A stretch of DNA of 64,000 bases from Dimorphilus gyrociliatus. Lineage: Eukaryota; Animalia; Annelida. Below the pieces are notes generated by a model. It made no database searches. It was not told the origin of the DNA and worked only from the letters and a program-made list of their open reading frames with translations. A program made the translations under genes and the position numbers. This document shows positions 11,100-21,707 of the stretch, piece after piece. The stretch covers positions 155,105-219,104 of the forward strand of contig CAJFCJ010000031.1 of the NCBI GenBank assembly GCA_904063045.1. The letters are read 5' to 3'. Position 1 is the stretch's first letter. Each line of letters starts with the position of its first letter.

Positions 11100-12802
11100 T
11101 TGATATTTATCTTTCTCATTTCTATTTTAGATGAGAGAGAGAGATGAAATTTACGACGAATTTCATTCATGGTCAAAACCGGTAACTGGAAAGGAATTTG
11201 ATATAAGGAATTCTTGGTAACACCCATTTTATATTTCTATTTTTACATTTTAATACTCAACAAGTGATGCATTTCAGGGATGAAAGATTAAGATCTTTAC
11301 TAGGTGTAAGATACGATTCAAAGACAGGAGTATTCGACTGGGATTATCAAATGAGACTAGCTCAAAGAGGAGTATGACTAAAATTTTGCAATATCCTTAT
11401 TCATATTATCTTTTCTTTATAAAAAAAAATAAAAACAATAAACTAAGTATAAAGTCTCTAATATGTACGCTGGTTATAGAGAGCCTCCATTATCACATCC
11501 CACAAATACAATAGATGGAGATTGGACGGAATGGCTTATTCCTTGAGAAATGCCGATTACAACCAACCGAACGTGACTTTATGCACTAAAATCCCCTTTG
11601 AGGTGAACTAATTGCTGTTTTATCATCTTTTTTCCTGTAATTTAAATGTTTATTTGTAATTGAAGAAATTTTTTCCTCAGCGAAATAAGGTTTTCCAAGA
11701 GATGAAAGTCTATTTAGGCGACATTGTTCATTCTCCATTTGTATCCTTTGGAATGGAATGCGATGACAAAGAACTATACAAAACTGCAAACAACGTTCAC
11801 ATTAATGTAAAAATTTAAATATATTATATTTGTCACTCTTACCGTTTTTATACTATCATTCTTTTTGCACAATCATCTCGTCACACCATTTTCCTTTCTT
11901 TTTAATAACTTAATAATATTCTTTCCCTTTCAGAATGGGGAAGATATTGCAAAGTATAACGCCTTGAGTATGCTATATAGTATAGAACACGGTAAAGCTT
12001 TCGATAAGAGTATAACTGAGGAAGATAACACCAAAATAATGGAAGGTATGGACTTGTAAAAATATAAAAAAAAGAAAGAAATAAGCAAATATTCGTAAGA
12101 TAAACAAGAAAGCTAGACTTTACTCAATATATTTAACAGTTATTGAAGAGGATGAGGAGGAGGCCAATGAACTTTTAGCGTCATCGCCTTGGGAGATGCC
12201 TTTCGGTAAAAAAATTTTTTAACTAAACAATTAAGGCCTAAATGACGAATACTCTTTCTTAGAGCCGCTATCATTGGATGGAATAACCGTATCGTTCCTA
12301 CCCTGTAAAGCCATTAAAGATTTACACAAGAAAAGGAAATACGAGCACTTTTTCGATGATGTGTTCGTCAATAAAGAGTAAGGGCAATACGATTATAAAG
12401 CAGTATAAACACTAAATATATATATATTATCATTTTTGTTGTTATTTTTAAAACAAAAAAAATAGCTTTTTAAAGGATATCACCGAAGATTTTTGTAAAA
12501 CATTAAAACCATCAGCAAACCTAACAGTTGATACGGCAAAATATGACGCATCGAAAACAAACGAGAACGTTAGTGAAATATACGACAAATTAATCGACAA
12601 TATTAAAATATTGAACTTTGAGGTATATATACATATATAAATTTATATATAGATAAATCTTAACAATTTCATAAGAAATATTTCTTATGAACAAGTATGT
12701 ACATCGTTTAAGCACATATACAATAATTTTCATTATTATCTATACAGGTGTCATTGAATGATAAGGATACTGATTTCATTCGAGCAGTTTTCAAAGACAG
12801 AT
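11100..12802 (+). CDS. DNAAF3: DNAAF3-like downstream exons; about 8, boundaries approximate
   Basis: Frame-consistent coding pieces: RDERLRSLLGVRYDSKTGVFDWDYQMRLAQRG (~11277). QRNKVFQEMKVYLGDIVHSPFVSFGMECDDKELYKTANNVHINV (~11680). NGEDIAKYNALSMLYSIEHGKAFDKSITEEDNTKIMEGMDL (11932..12056). VIEEDEEEANELLASSPWEMPF (~12140). EPLSLDGITVSFLPCKAIKDLHKKRKYEHFFDDVFVNKE (~12262). FLKDITEDFCKTLKPSANLTVDTAKYDASKTNENVSEIYDKLIDNIKILNFE (~12470). VSLNDKDTDFIRAVFKDR* (stop ~12800). Confidence 0.35.
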
Positions 12803-13368
12803 AACTTAGTTTTATACTTTTTACAGTGTTTTTTTTATCATTTTACTTGTAAGAATATAAACAAACAACAGTTTATATAGTAAAAGCATATATATACTTT
12901 TACCTTTATCAATAAAATATATAAAGTTTTTTTTTATATACGTGTAGAAAAATAAACAAACAAACAACAATACAAAAACAAAAGTCTCACTCAACAATAA
13001 TCAAGAGACTTTTTTACAAGAACAAAAAAAATAAAATACAATAATATTTATAGGCACATGAGTGTATATCCACATAAAATGAGACGAATTATTATCATAT
13101 AGATTAAGAAAGACGAAAAAATATAACGGATGATTTTGAAAGCACCATCTTTTTCGGCAGTATAAAAACAGTAACAATCGTTCTATAATTAGAACAGTTT
13201 TTTTTCTTTTTTCGAACTGGATTAGAATAAAATTATAAAACCTTTGCTTTTTTTTTCTTTTTTATTAGTATTTTGTTCTTTTAGTCTATTTTACTTCTCA
13301 ACTACTACCAATAATTTCTTTAGAGGAATGACGATTTTGTAAGCAGTTCATTTCTCTCTCTCTCTCTC

Positions 13369-13632
13369 TCACTGAAAATTCATCGTACGATATCTGGGCG
13401 TATTAAAGACTAGAGGGTAGGTTTGTAACGGACGAAAATTCATAGGTGGATTATTCGGAGCGTACATTGCGCCAAGGAAACTTTCCGCTTCCTCATTGGG
13501 ATAATACTCGAAAGGAAACATAGGCCCACAAACTTCTAAAGGATGGTGAAGAGCTTCTTCGTTAGGGATGTTTATAGGGTGTAACCTTTCTGGGCGATCG
13601 ATTAATGATTCAAATTTCGTATTTACATGGTC
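13369..13632 (-). CDS. PAM2-motif protein terminal exon; stop at 13369-13371
   Basis: DHVNTKFESLIDRPERLHPINIPNEEALHHPLEVCGPMFPFEYYPNEEAESFLGAMYAPNNPPMNFRPLQTYPLVFNTPRYRTMNFQ*. Acceptor ttttcaaag. Confidence 0.55.
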   Translation of the reverse strand, partial: DHVNTKFESLIDRPERLHPINIPNEEALHHPLEVCGPMFPFEYYPNEEAESFLGAMYAPNNPPMNFRPLQTYPLVFNTPRYRTMNFQ

Positions 13633-13691
13633 CTTTGAAAAACAAAAATTACAAATTTATTAAAATAGCTCTCTTTCTGCAAACAACATAC

Positions 13692-14300
13692 CTTTGATTT
13701 GGATATTGGATAGTCGCTTTCTATGAACATATTACTAATTCTCTGCAAAATGTCTTCTGGAGACTTATCCCTAGGACTGTTAACAATTTCGCGAATTTTC
13801 TCTAATAATAACCCTGGTATTCTATCAGGAGCACCATTTCTTCCCTGGGGTGTGTTGTGCCATTTGATTGTTGGTGCGAAAACAGACGCATTAGGATTCA
13901 ATGTCACCTTTTTCTTCTCGTCAAATTCTCTCAAGTCGTCTTCTGTCATTCCGTTAGGTCTTAAATGATGATTTTTGTAATATTCTTTCATTGTATCGGG
14001 TTTTATCCCATTAGGATCCTTATCATCAACATACTTTAAGTAATAGTGATAAGAGAAGGGATTTTTAATAGGTTCGACATTGCATAGTTCTGGAAAATTT
14101 TGTAAAGGTAATTCCCAACGAGAATCGAAGCACATATTGAGTTGTACATCGGACCAAGCCAAATTCTTCATTCCATCTGGCAAATAATAAGGGTTCCGTA
14201 AGTCTCTGTCAGATTTCTCCCTTGTGACACTTAATTTTTCGGCAGTTGAAGAAGTAGTTGTAGACTTGTGATGTGAAATGTTTACTTCCGCTCTAAGCAT
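13692..14300 (-). CDS. PAM2-motif protein exon carrying the PAM2 motif; PAM2 codons at ~13870-13908
   Basis: MLRAEVNISHHKST...MKEYYKNHHLRPNGMTEDDLREFDEKKKVTLNPNASVFAPTIKWHNTPQGRNGAPDRIPGLLLEKIREIVNSPRDKSPEDILQRISNMFIESDYPISKSK. LNPNASVFAPT fits the PAM2 consensus (LNxxAxEFxP; compare ataxin-2 STLNPNAKEFNP). Confidence 0.6.
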
Positions 14301-14381
14301 CTAAAAAAAATAAAACATATAAATTATTAACATAATATATCGTTTAAAAGAGACAAAAATTTCTGTTTTTGTTTTGTTTAC

Positions 14382-14684
14382 TTTATTCGTTTCCAGGAGA
14401 GAATCTTGTTTATTTAATTTCGTATTTAATGTTTTCTCATTTAATTGTTCTACAGGTTGACCTTTCTCCAATTTTTTACCAGTAAAATTCTTATCCATCG
14501 GTCTTGAAGTATTGTACGACTTATTCGGCTTTCTCTTATTCTCATCGCTACGAATACCTACAACAACAGTAACTTTTTTCGTACTATTCTTTCGAGAGTG
14601 AACATCCTTTAAATTTGACGCTTGGGATTGATAGGATTGACTCTTTTCAAAATTTTTCGATGGTGACGAATTTCGATCGATTGG
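14382..14684 (-). CDS. PAM2-motif protein exon
   Basis: PIDRNSSPSKNFEKSQSYQSQASNLKDVHSRKNSTKKVTVVVGIRSDENKRKPNKSYNTSRPMDKNFTGKKLEKGQPVEQLNEKTLNTKLNKQDSLLETNK (101 codons). Acceptor tctttcttag, donor AAA|GTAAAC. Confidence 0.55.
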
Positions 14685-14800
14685 CTAAGAAAGACAGAAA
14701 AAAATTGTTTTTCATTATTTCATTTTAAATGTATATAGCGAGAGAGAGAAAGAGAGAGCGAAAGAGAGACAGACAGACAAACAGTCTAGGAGAATTGTAC

Positions 14801-15195
14801 CTTGCTATCAGGATGAGCTGGTGGCAAAGGATTTTCGTGACGTTTCTCTCTTTTCTTTTTCGAAGAAAATTTTTGCCAATTTTCATCAAGAGAATTTTGA
14901 CTTGGAGATCCTTTTGCGTCTCTTTGCTTAGCGGTATCAATTTCGGAATGAGTTATGGCTTTCAGGTTTTCATCATAAGAAGTCAATTTAGATTCTTCCT
15001 TTATTGTTGGACTTTGAACTTGGGAAAAATTGTTTACTTGACTATCTATCAATTCATTCGGAGCTTCAGCAGCTTTTTGATTAGTCGAATTAATTTGAAT
15101 CGTTAATTCTTTAACTAATTTTTTGGATTCACCTTCAAGTTCGGGCGATTTTTCACTAGGAATGGAATGTGTTGGCAAAGGCCCAGTCTCACCTT
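14801..15195 (-). CDS. PAM2-motif protein exon
   Basis: KGETGPLPTHSIPSEKSPELEGESKKLVKELTIQINSTNQKAAEAPNELIDSQVNNFSQVQSPTIKEESKLTSYDENLKAITHSEIDTAKQRDAKGSPSQNSLDENWQKFSSKKKREKRHENPLPPAHPDSK. Donor AAG|GTACAA. Confidence 0.55.
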
Positions 15196-15266
15196 CTATA
15201 ATATAAAAAGTATAACATTACAATAATATTTACATGAATGGAACATTATCGAGTTTTATAACTTAC

Positions 15267-15707
15267 TCTCCAAATTTTCAGATAACATCACTGTCGCCTT
15301 AGCTTGAACGTTAGGTGACGGATACTGCTCTTCTGAGCTATCGTCATGATATTTAACAGTAGAATCGTTGCTAACCTTGCGATTTCTCGATTTTTTCTTC
15401 TTTTTCTTTTTCTTAGTATCGTTTTGATCAGAACCTTCAACAAACTGAAGAACATTGTCAAGTGACCAATTATCTTTCTTTTCCTTAGCTTCAATTGAAT
15501 TATTGTCAGTTTGATTCGAATCATATGATTTTTCTAATTGTGAAGGATGAGTTTTTTTTTCCTTTATTTGTTTGTTAACCTTAATCCGACTATTTTTATC
15601 CTTTCCTTTCAGAGTTCTCGTACCAAAAACTTCTTTCTTATTTGTTGGACTTTTTAAATCTTTTCCACTAGGTTGTGACATTTTTAACGACTTTCCCAGA
15701 TTGAAAC
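15267..15707 (-). CDS. PAM2-motif protein exon; includes a KKKKKKKK tract
   Basis: (C)FNLGKSLKMSQPSGKDLKSPTNKKEVFGTRTLKGKDKNSRIKVNKQIKEKK...NDTKKKKKKKKSRNRKVSNDSTVKYHDDSSEEQYPSPNVQAKATVMLSENLE. Donor A|GTAAGT, phases consistent. Confidence 0.55.
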
Positions 15708-15775
15708 CTTTTGTAATAAGAATAATACAAATAAATATTTAAAGTAAGCTTTTGACTGTACAAAAAAATACAAAC

Positions 15776-16238
15776 AGATATTTTGTGCAGGGTTTGTTGA
15801 TGGACCATTCATAATGTTATATAAAGAATCATCAAGTTTTTTTCCATCTGGAGGATAATCAAATGGTGGACCCTTTTCAACTTCAATAGATTCATCATAA
15901 CATTTTTGTGCTTTGGGAGAGCATATTTTATATCTCTTTTGATCGTGGGGTAATATTCTATATACTTCGTCGTAAGCCTTATTATTTCTAGATGCTTTAT
16001 CACTGTTATCTTGTGTACCGATCTTTATATTTGCGTAATTCTTAGGTATGGGATAATATGAGAAGGCTGCAGGGTTAACATACTCTTCATCGTAAAATGT
16101 TGTTGGGGCCAAATGATTTTGTGAACTGTTGTTGTAATCTGTTTTTGAAGTTGGAAAATAGTCGTGCGCTCTGGTATTTTCAGAATATTCATCATCAGGA
16201 TCAATGCACTCTCCTGTGGTATTACCTCCGTCTGTCAT
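15776..16238 (-). CDS. PAM2-motif protein gene, first coding exon; ATG at 16236-16238. A non-coding 5' exon lies further upstream
   Basis: Acceptor ctacag at 16250, then MTDGGNTTGECIDPDDEYSENTRAHDYFPTSKTDYNNSSQNHLAPTTFYDEEYVNPAAFSYYPIPKNY...LYNIMNGPSTNPAQNI. Donor T|GTTTGT. Confidence 0.55.
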
Positions 16239-19200
16239 ATTCAGTATACTCTGTAGAAAGCACAAAAGATTAAAATTCATCATTTATGCAAAAAAATATG
16301 GTATATAATCTTCAAAAGAACATTCGTTATGTTTGATATTTTAAACACAACGTTGTCGCCATAGAAGTTTTTGAGCGACAACACGTGCAAAATTGGCATT
16401 TACTCACATATAATCGACTTAACAGTAGTAACAAATCGAGCCGATAATGTTGTCTACATCAGTTATTTAAAAACGCGTCAATGATCACTAAAATACAAAA
16501 CTACATAATCTAAGAAAATAGGCAGAGGCAATAAACAGCTGAATAGTTCAGTAGAAATCGTCCATTTTGAACAGATAGTTTCGTACTTTTTAAAAATTCT
16601 AGTATTTTGACGAATATGTAATAATAAAAGGTTTAAATTTTTAAAATTATTACTTGTTAAAAATTTTTAAAATGTAAACAAATTTCGAAATATGCGATGT
16701 ATTAAGTATACAATAACTTATCTAACCATGGAAACTGGTAAGGAGTGGGTATGAACTTTAAAACGTAAATAACATATAAATAAAATCAATCAATAGTTTT
16801 AACTTGGAAAGCCTAAGATCGATTAAAATTCGAGAGAGAAATATATGAAATATTATAAATTTTCTCCATTAATTAAATAAAGAGAAAATTTTCCGAGAAT
16901 AAAAGCGTTTTAGAATACTTTTCTGTCTTCTTTTTTTCGCTACAGATTTATATATTAACAGGTAAAAAAAGAGATTAATGTCTATGTTAATCATAGTCCA
17001 CTGGGGTGATTATTTTATAATGAAAGTTTGACGATATACGATAAATTTATGGTATCTCTAAACGAAGAAAGAGTATACCATATATATATTGTATTATAAG
17101 CGAAGACTAACCGTCTATTCATTTTTTTATACCAAGGATTAATTTATCACTTTGATATCTATCAATTGAACTATCATTTGAATTGTTCAAATATTAACAA
17201 AGGTTTACAGGGGGAAAACACAAAAATCCTTTTTAAAAAAACATCGACTTACTTAAGGTAGATTAAAGCTTATGGTATTTAAAATAGATCTATTCAACGC
17301 CTCCCAGTAACAGTAATAAGGCTTTTCCCACTTTATATATGCCGTTTTAAATTCTTCCTTGATGTTATGTATTTTCTTAATGAAATATTAGTAATAAATA
17401 CAAAGTATATTATTCTATATCTTTACCTTTATCAGTAGTCAAGTTCTTGTCTAATATTTGATATTCTTGGTCGTTTCTCGCTATTCCTTTTTACCTATTA
17501 TCCTCTTTTATCTTTTAACGTTTATATTGTAACTGCTGACTATTGCATTTTATTATCGCCTAGACGGCTTTCCACTCTGATTTCGCAGTGTTTTTCTCCC
17601 CTCTTTGTTCTCATAATCAGATATTGAGAAAATTTCTTTTTTGCCGATTGAAGCTTTTATATTTCTTTTTTTTTCGAATTATTTATTTTTTTTATAATGT
17701 ACTCCTAGTTTGCGTCTAGATACTCTCCTCCTCCCCTCTCCCTCCCCCTTATTATATTTCACCCTAAAAGAGGTTTTTTTTTACTCTATACAATATCCTT
17801 TATAACGGTAAAATGTCTTGTGGGGAAAAAAAAGAAAAAAGAGACACTCTAGGTGTATTAGACAGTTCGAGCTATGTCTTTAGCTTCATTTTTTAAAACC
17901 GTTATTGGCGTTTATCTAGTACGTTTAACAAATTTTAATTGACTTACTGGCGTTTACTACTGGGTGATAGTGTATTATTGTTTTTATTCTATTCATTTTG
18001 TGAAAGTAAGTGAGAGATTTTTTTCGTTAGTCTTTTCCTACCTGTCCTCTATCTTTATCACTTTTTAATAGATGAAACCTTCCTTTAAACATAAAACCTT
18101 GAGACTGAACAATTTAAACTCTACTTTTTATCTTTCATTAAGAGTTCCAATACCTGAAGAGAACTTCCTTTCTAGTATAACTCGAGTTCACATTTCAAAC
18201 TATCGATTAGCAAGTACGATCAAAGGAAGGGAAAAAGAAAGCCAGAGAGAAAGATGGGAAGATAGGTGGATCAGACAAGAAAAATAAAGGGTAAATTATA
18301 GAAAGAATAGAAAACCTTTTCTCATATCTCTGACACAATTGAACCAACTCAGCACTTACTTACTCAAGTAGAGAGTGTTTCTCTCATAATCTCTCTCTTT
18401 TTAATCTATAACTTTCCAAAATCATTGAAATACCTTTGTTTTTTTTGCGTTTTTTTTTGTTTTCCTTTCAAATTGTACTATTTCTTTACTTCTTATGTAT
18501 TTTTTTTTCTTATACAGTATAAATAACGTATTGTGTATAGACAACTTCATACTGTATACACTATACATACAATTTTATTCAACTCCGGGTGTGTCAGGCT
18601 TTAGTACACACATACATAGATACATACATATACTGTATATATAAAAAAGAGGGACATCTTTTAAAGTCGATTTCACATACATTCAAAATAACATAAAAGT
18701 GAAATAGTAAATTTTTGCCAATTTCTAAAGAACTAATTGAAAATCAGAGTTATTGCCATCAAGCTTTAAAAAACTCTCTATATATAAAGAGGATAATGCA
18801 ATACATTTATAATAAAAAAAAAGTTATACTTATAATATATCAATAACTTTATCGTTTTTCTGTGCAAGATATTATAACAGTTTTTCTATTGATATAGTAT
18901 CGTATATTTCCACTATATATGTACTGAAATATACAAACAGTATGCAAATAACGTAAATTCATCAATATATATATATATACGAAAATGTTACACATTAATT
19001 CAGTAAATAGAACTTGATTTGTTCTTTTCTCTTATTGATTGAAAAACTTATAAATAATAATATATACGTTCATATATTATAAATTCTAAAAGCCTAAGAA
19101 TATCAGTTTCTATATAAATAGGAATATATTTTTATTATTAACTTATATCCTGGAGATAAAATATTTTTATTGGTTATGCTTTGTTAAGTTTCTTCCTCAA

Positions 19201-19639
19201 TAAATTTTAACAAGTAAATTAACTGTCCACTACTCTAATTCAATTGTTAACACAGGTTAAGCATGACGTATTGTAAGTTTTCAATTGGATAAACTGAAAT
19301 TGTATAAGAAATTAATCTTTATACGAATATATTTTTCAGGATTTATACATCTTTTTTACTGTTGTAACACGCGAAAAATTAGCTCTAATTCTAAGAATAT
19401 TTTCCCTTATTGCGCAAGATGAGAGTTGGATTCCACTACGCGCTGTTGTTAGGCAGACCCAAAACAATAATATCCGGTATTCAAGTTAAACATGGCGATT
19501 ATCAGCTGCTCATCAGCTTTGTTTTCTTTACATCATTCCACTTAAAAATGAACCTGTTATATCTCCTGCATAGGTAGTCAGTATATTTCATCAAACTGTG
19601 TCAAAAAGAGAACCGATTCCTTACAAATCATTCCAGAAG

Positions 19640-19760
19640 AAGCTTTTAAACACTACTTTTGTGTTTTGGGTTGAGCGCGCGTGAGTGAGTACATTTAACG
19701 TTTAAATAATTATCGTCGATCTCTGTCTGTCAGTCAGTTTCACTTTCGGCGTCAGAAGGT
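19640..19760 (+). promoter_or_regulatory. GC-richer island in an AT-rich gene-free interval; candidate core promoter or 5' UTR of slingshot
   Basis: ttgagcgcgcgtgagtgagtacatttaacg and cagtcagtttcactttcggcgtcagaaggttaacgag (Inr-like TCAGT), ~600 bp upstream of the ssh ATG. The surrounding 4 kb has no ORF. Confidence 0.3.
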
Positions 19761-20317
19761 TAACGAGTTTTCTTATATAGTGAAACATTATTCAAAGGTA
19801 TTTGGTACATTTCCCTTTTCTTTTCGAATTGATATCTCACAAGTGTGTTTACATTCCTTTACGTTTAACAAATAATTTTCTAGATAGTTTATATATTTTA
19901 TCTTTATTCTAAATTTATCGAAAATATATATGACACATTTTAAGGATGAAGATACTCACTGAAAAATGACTCTGAAATTTATTGTATTTACTGTTTCTAT
20001 TAACGAATAGAAATAGTATGTATTAATAAAAATGAGGCATTTTTTTAAGTGTTAAAATTGCCTCTTTTTAAGAGATAAAAAAAAAATATCTACCTTTGAC
20101 ACGTGTTAACTGACTGTAGATTTTAAAGGTTAATAAAGCAACTTATAATGGAAAGTTTTTATTTAAACAAGGTGTTAATTGAAAAGATGGGTTTTTATCA
20201 TCCGTCCTCTATCTCTCTTTCTCTCTCTCTCTCTTTTTATGTACAAATATGTTATTATGTATAGATATATGGTTACAAAATAACTATATATTATTCCTTC
20301 TCCCTACAGAATGAAGA

Positions 20318-20386
20318 ATGTCTTTAGTGACCGTAACAAGGTCTCCAACGCCGAACAATGTACCCCAATCTCCGTTTACCTTTACA
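20318..20386 (+). CDS. ssh: slingshot (SSH) cofilin phosphatase exon 1
   Basis: MSLVTVTRSPTPNNVPQSPFTFT matches the SSH N-terminus (MALVTLQRSPTP...). Donor ACA|GTTAGT. Confidence 0.8.
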
Positions 20387-20450
20387 GTTAGTAGATTTCT
20401 TTTCTTTCCTACTCAATTAATAATTCTAATACTTATTTCTTTTTGTAAAT

Positions 20451-20497
20451 AGAGAACTGCTCACTTCTCTCTTGATGATACAAATAAACATTCCATT
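20451..20497 (+). CDS. ssh: slingshot exon 2
   Basis: RTAHFSLDDTNKHSI. Acceptor aaatag, donor AG|GTAGGT, phases consistent. Confidence 0.7.
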
Positions 20498-21203
20498 AGG
20501 TAGGTTAAATAACTTTTTCAAGTATTGATAATAACCATACAGTATATATGTATAGTTTCTTAATAATCCTATACTTGGCTAGACGACCTTTATTTGACAC
20601 TAATCAAGTTGACTGATGGGTTTTTTATATATATATATATATATATTCATTAGTTTATAATTAAGGCTTTATTTACTAAACAAACTTTTATTATTATTAT
20701 TATTTTTAAATTTAAAATAACCTATTTAAAACGTTAAATTATTTTTATTTAAATAATTCATTGTAAAGTTATGTTTTGATTATTATTTGTTGTTTTTTTT
20801 TATTTTATTTTATTTCTTTAACTATTTTCCTTAAAGGAACTCATTGAAAAGCGATAAAGTAATTTTAAATCTACCGTAAGTTTTAGGTGTAGTGTTTGTT
20901 GATGTAAACGACACTATAAATAATTTATAAATATATTATGTAATCATAGTTTTTTTTTGTTTCTTTTGATAAAAAGAAACAAAAAAGATTATTTGAAAAA
21001 AAAATTTTGTAATTTTGTTTTTTTTTTTTAAAAAAAATAACAAAAATAAAAACAAATTTTATAATCTTATCGGAAATTTTTGTAACTTGTAAGTTTCTTG
21101 TTGTGGCATTAATCATAATTTGTTTATTTTATACGGAATGTATGTACTTTGTTTTTACATATTAAACATGTTTATTTTGATTCGTTTTCTTTCTCTCATT
21201 TAG

Positions 21204-21283
21204 CCACAATTATGTCGCTTTGAAGGGAGCAGCTCTTATATTACCTTTATCGGAATGCGTTCATCGTAGAATTGATAGCAGCG
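21204..21283 (+). CDS. ssh: slingshot exon 3 (SSH-N domain)
   Basis: (S)HNYVALKGAALILPLSECVHRRIDSS; compare human SSH1 FFMVKGAALFLQQG. Donor G|GTAATT. Confidence 0.8.
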
Positions 21284-21354
21284 GTAATTGTTATTTTTTT
21301 TTTCTATATCATTAATAATGATTTATTCCTTTTTTTTTATTTTGTTTTATTTAG

Positions 21355-21625
21355 AGAGCATTATCCATCATCATTTGCAAATGATTTGCGATCTACTATG
21401 CTTAGACCATTGTTTAAAAATTGCTGTTCATTTAGAAAGCGCAAATGATAATCATATAAGATATATGGCTCTTGTTTCTCCTGAAGGAGAAGTACAGTTT
21501 GGTCCAGCGGCTGTTATTCTTGGTATTGATATTATCCCGTTTAAGGATGGGAGAGAAACCTGTGCTACTATCGGCCTTATACTTCCTTTATTTTGTGATA
21601 TGGATGTGAGACTTTGTGAGGATGG
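21355..21625 (+). CDS. ssh: slingshot exon 4 (SSH-N domain)
   Basis: ESIIHHHLQMICDLLCLDHCLKIAVHLESANDNHIRYMALVSPEGEVQFGPAAVILGIDIIPFKDGRETCATIGLILPLFCDMDVRLCEDG aligns with SSH1 HLQVMINLLRCEDRIKLAVRLESAWADRVRYMVVVYS...GVDFSSKESKSCTIGMVLRLWSDTKIHLDGDGG. Confidence 0.88.
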
Positions 21626-21707
21626 GTTTGTATTTATTTACAGTATATATATATATATATATATATATTTAGTATATCATTGAAATGTTATATTTTATGT
21701 TTAATAG

